Assembly: GCA_009842505.1 (NCBI GenBank)
Contig: VYFG01000048.1
Location: forward strand, 5,082 to 69,081
Length of the DNA: 64,000 nucleotides
Origin: Gammaproteobacteria bacterium
GTDB lineage: Bacteria; Pseudomonadota; Gammaproteobacteria; Arenicellales; Poriferihabitantaceae
Direction of reading: 5' to 3'
Of the stretch, positions 60,675 to 64,000 are shown in pieces. The stretch's first letter is position 1. Every line of letters begins with the position of its first letter. The translations under genes and the position numbers were made by a program. Below the pieces are notes generated by a model. That model had not been told where the DNA came from. It ran no database searches and was given only the letters and a program-made list of their open reading frames with translations.

Positions 60675-62336
60675 TTATCCGATCATGTCCTTGCGATCAT
60701 AGAGGTCGGCGACCCGGCAGTCCTCGCACATCCGCAGGCGGTTCCGCTGCTCCGGCGTCTCGAACATCCAGTGGCCCGCCAGTTTCTCCATCATGCGATC
60801 GATCATCGCCACGGTTGCGAACGGCTTTCCGCAGGCAATGCACCGGAACGGCTCCTCCTCCTTCAGTGTGCGGCTCCTGGTCGCCGCATCGTCCGGATCG
60901 AACCGCGGGTCCAGGGTCAGGGCGGCCTCCGGGCAGGCCCTGGTGCAGATTCCGCACTGGACGCAGTTGCTTTCGATGAAGCGCAGCGCCGGGGACTCCC
61001 CCCCGGCTTCGAGGGCATTGCCGGGGCAGACCGATACGCATCCCATGCAAAGCGTGCAGGCCTCGGAATCCAGGATCACCTGCCCGAACGGGCTGCCCGC
61101 CGGCAGGGGCGCCGGACCTGCCGAGGCCGCGCCCTGCACCAGGTGCCGCAGCGCATTTCGCAGCATGCTGCGCTTGCCGCCCGCGGCCGCGAAGGTGGCG
61201 ACGGCGTCCCGCCCGGTTTCCTCCGGAACGGACGCCAGCACCGGGTCCAGGGATGCGGTCAGGCGGACGCTGCAGTGGTCAAGACCGGAGCCGTGCAGCA
61301 CGGCCCGGATGAATTCCGCGGTCTCCTCGAGACTGCGGCGGACCTGCTCGGGAACCTCTTCCCGGACATGGAGCCAGATGTCCCCGGCGCCATAGGCCAG
61401 CGCGCAGACCAGCAGTTCCGGGCCGACTGAGCCGATTTCCTCCACCAGCAGTGGAATGACATGCTCCGGCAGCTCTTGCGCGGCCGCTGCCACCGTCTCC
61501 CCGCCGTGTTCCCTGTCGTAGACAAGCAGTGTGATCTCCCGGGGCCCGAGACGCTCCCGCAGGTCGCGGCAGACCCGCCGCAGGAACTCCACCTGCTCCT
61601 CCACCGGCGGATAGCGGTAGGTGATCGCCCCCGACGGGCAACGAGCGGTACAGCTTCCACCCCCCTGGCAGAGATAGGGGTTGACCTCGATCTGTTCGCC
61701 CACGGAGATGATCGCATCCGTCGGACAGGCCTCCAGGCAGCGGTTGCAGCCCTCGATGCCGCTGCGGCCATGGGCGCAGATGTCCGGGTCGTACTGGAAA
61801 TAGCGGGGCTTCTCGAATTCCCCCACCAGTTCCCGCACCGCCCCGATCGCCTCGTCAAGCCTGCCGGGGTCGGCGCCGACATGGTGATAGCCCGGCGGCT
61901 TGATGGCGGCGCCGATCAGCACCTCGGCGCCCGCGTCGATCACGTGGTCGAAAAGGCCGTTGGGGATGCCCATCATCTGTCCGAGGCCGACCCGGTCCTC
62001 TTCACCCCCGTCCGGGCCCGGAAGACTCGCGGTGAAACGGCCGAGGTATCCCTCCACCGCAAGTCCGGGGGATTTCCAGGCATTGGGGGCGGCCAGGGGG
62101 CGGTCGTCCCCGCCAGTGACCGCGATGTAGCAGAGGAACCTGTCTCCCAGTGCGGCTTCCGCTTCGCGGCCCGGCCCCTCGTCCATGACCAGCAGCACCC
62201 GGTTTGCCGCTACGTAGGCGACGCTGGTGGTCGGCGCGGGCGACCAGGGCGCCCCGGACAGCACCTCATGGCGGATTCGCCCGGCCTGTGTCTGCGCTGA
62301 GAGGTTGAGCCCGAGGGCTTCCAGATAGCCTGTCAT
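60675..62336 (-). CDS. Polyferredoxin-like 4Fe-4S protein (fdh cluster)
   Basis: CNRCLEACP, CQGGGSC, CTLCMGCVSVCP, CVQCGICTRACP, CIACGKPF, CEDCR. Confidence 0.88.
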   Translation of the reverse strand: MTGYLEALGLNLSAQTQAGRIRHEVLSGAPWSPAPTTSVAYVAANRVLLVMDEGPGREAEAALGDRFLCYIAVTGGDDRPLAAPNAWKSPGLAVEGYLGRFTASLPGPDGGEEDRVGLGQMMGIPNGLFDHVIDAGAEVLIGAAIKPPGYHHVGADPGRLDEAIGAVRELVGEFEKPRYFQYDPDICAHGRSGIEGCNRCLEACPTDAIISVGEQIEVNPYLCQGGGSCTARCPSGAITYRYPPVEEQVEFLRRVCRDLRERLGPREITLLVYDREHGGETVAAAAQELPEHVIPLLVEEIGSVGPELLVCALAYGAGDIWLHVREEVPEQVRRSLEETAEFIRAVLHGSGLDHCSVRLTASLDPVLASVPEETGRDAVATFAAAGGKRSMLRNALRHLVQGAASAGPAPLPAGSPFGQVILDSEACTLCMGCVSVCPGNALEAGGESPALRFIESNCVQCGICTRACPEAALTLDPRFDPDDAATRSRTLKEEEPFRCIACGKPFATVAMIDRMMEKLAGHWMFETPEQRNRLRMCEDCRVADLYDRKDMIG

Positions 62337-62366
62337 GTCAGGATTCTCCTCCGGGTGGGCCCATGC

Positions 62367-63035
62367 TCATGCGGGGGTGTTCGATCCGCCGTCGGCATCC
62401 TCGGGATCATCCTTTGCATCCCGGTCCGGTGCGGCGTCCGCGTTCGAGGCCACTTCCGTCGGCGCGTCCTCGGGCGCCGGTTCGGGCGATTCCCGCGGCT
62501 CTTCGGTTTCCTCCGACGCGAGTCCCTCCCGCTCCTCGGCTTCCAGACGGCGCCTTTCCGCCACCTCGGCCTGGTGCTTCATGTCGGAGGTGACCATGTC
62601 GCCCAGCCCCTCGAACTGGGTGAAATCCTCGTCGTAGTCATCCAGGCCGTCGCGCACGTTGAAAACGGCCGCGGTAAACAGCTTGCGCATCGCCAGCCTG
62701 CGCAACTTTTCGCTGACGCCAGGGGACAGGAATCCGGAATAGTCGCTGTGCTCGTCGAGCGACTCCAGGGCGGGCATGTCCGCGTCCGTCAGCACCGGCG
62801 CATCGGCCTCGGTTTCCTCCCGGGACGACTTCAGCCGGTCGGCTTCCACGGTGGTCCGCATGCGCCCGGGGCTGTCCTCGGGCACGATGGTATTGAGGGG
62901 CAGCGTCTCCTCGCCATCGGCCCGGTCGTCCCCCGGTTGCCCCCGGGTCTCCCGGTCGCCGGAGCGCTTGCGGTCCGACCACCGCCTGAGGAAGCCCTCC
63001 TCCTGGTCCGCATCCAGGTCGGGTCGCCTGCTCAT
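62367..63035 (-). CDS. DUF3306-like protein
   Basis: FLRRWSDRK, DYSGFL, LRRLAMRKLF, DGLDDYDEDFT. Confidence 0.85.
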   Translation of the reverse strand: MSRRPDLDADQEEGFLRRWSDRKRSGDRETRGQPGDDRADGEETLPLNTIVPEDSPGRMRTTVEADRLKSSREETEADAPVLTDADMPALESLDEHSDYSGFLSPGVSEKLRRLAMRKLFTAAVFNVRDGLDDYDEDFTQFEGLGDMVTSDMKHQAEVAERRRLEAEEREGLASEETEEPRESPEPAPEDAPTEVASNADAAPDRDAKDDPEDADGGSNTPA

Positions 63036-63571
63036 TGCACCCCGTCCCCGGCGTCGCCGTCACGGGAGGCGGCATAGAGCGAGTCCTCCAGCCAGTCACG
63101 CCGCTTGCGCTTGCGCTTGATCTGCGGCTGGTAGTGACTGATCACGTAGCGCTCGAGCAGTTCCGTGATCTCCTCGGGCATGGGCGCCGACAGGACCATG
63201 TCGTCGGCTTCCATGTGACCGCTTGCCTCGTCCTGGTTGGCGGTCACCAGCATCGGGCGGATTTCCCGGGCACCGTATTCGCCTTCACAGACCACGAACA
63301 GGTGGGGCTTGTCGGACAGCAGGTTGTACCAGTAGCCCTCGCCGCCGTCCTTGTAGAGGTCCAGGGTGAATCCCGTGTGGATGAACCGGCTCGTGTTCCC
63401 GTCCACCTCGACCACGCTGTCCCCGCCAAGCGCCGTGATTCCCTCCCCGGTCAGGATCCCGTGGACGCGCCAGACGGGATAGCCCCATTTTTTCTCGGGA
63501 TCGATCCGGCGCTCCAGCACCACGGCCACGGGCACGGAGATTCTCGAGCCGGGCCCGGCCCGCTCCCCCAT
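63032..63571 (-). CDS. DUF3305-like protein
   Basis: VAVVLERR, LYKDGGEGYWYNL, C-terminal KRKRKRR; paired with the DUF3306-like gene. Confidence 0.83.
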   Translation of the reverse strand: MGERAGPGSRISVPVAVVLERRIDPEKKWGYPVWRVHGILTGEGITALGGDSVVEVDGNTSRFIHTGFTLDLYKDGGEGYWYNLLSDKPHLFVVCEGEYGAREIRPMLVTANQDEASGHMEADDMVLSAPMPEEITELLERYVISHYQPQIKRKRKRRDWLEDSLYAASRDGDAGDGVQ

Positions 63572-63614
63572 CCCCTGCCCGTGGACGGTTCCGGTCACGC
63601 CGCTCAGGCCCCGG

Positions 63615-63824
63615 TCATTCCTCGATCTCGAGGGTATCCACAACGTCGACATCCAGGCCAAGCTGGCGAATGGAAAGGGACATGGTGGCTTCCAGGCGGT
63701 CCCCGTTCCGGACGGTTCCGGCACGGATGCCATCGCGGACCGCCTGTTCGATGGCACGCTGGGAGGTAATGCCGGTTTTCTTGAGGAATTTTCTGATCTG
63801 GATGTTGAGCGCGTCTTCGTTCAT
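63615..63824 (-). CDS. Small conserved protein (DUF6494-like)
   Basis: MNEDALNIQIRKFLKKTGITSQRAIE. Confidence 0.75.
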   Translation of the reverse strand: MNEDALNIQIRKFLKKTGITSQRAIEQAVRDGIRAGTVRNGDRLEATMSLSIRQLGLDVDVVDTLEIEE

Positions 63825-64000
63825 GGGTCGTCGGCCTGCCTGGTCATGCCGGAAAGCATAGATGGAATGGTCCCCGAATTACAATAGCGCACCGTTCCCC
63901 GGCCCGGCCCCGGCGGACGGGCTGGGTCCCGCCGGAAGGGGGTGCGGCATCCGGCTGCCCCGGGACGGGCCTGCCGGGAATCTTCCGCCGCCCGTCATTG

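Overview
GC-rich core-chromosome segment of a gammaproteobacterium. A marine or host-associated lifestyle is an inference from gene content. In order, it holds: the recG tail, ubiA and a NUDIX gene; an AT-rich spacer with DnaA boxes and IHF sites; priA-pyrC; the conserved minus-strand block tRNA(Pro-Arg-His-Leu)-tig-clpP-clpX-lon-hupB-tRNA(Val-Asp)-ppiD, with a decayed toxin-antitoxin islet; htpG, ogt and a stand-alone EF-G; a betaine/TMAO-type ABC transporter and djlA; a histidine-utilization cluster (hutHF/hutICU plus an ornithine-cyclodeaminase-like gene, no hutG); an accessory stretch; and a complete Tat-exported formate dehydrogenase operon with maturation genes. The most notable signal is invisible in the ORF track: tRNA-Arg(UCU) is split inside its anticodon (U34/C35) by a 330-nt, ORF-less group I intron with intact P3/P4/P7 core motifs. 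Other highlights are a DARS-like DnaA-box triad with two IHF sites directly upstream of priA, a tandem two-domain zinc-LID adenylate kinase, an MIO-less ammonia-lyase paralogue coupled to a desaturase-like gene, a single-chain GAF-PAS-kinase-receiver-wHTH regulator, and a Rieske-like protein with a His-to-Glu ligand change. All calls come from reading the sequence; no database searches were run.
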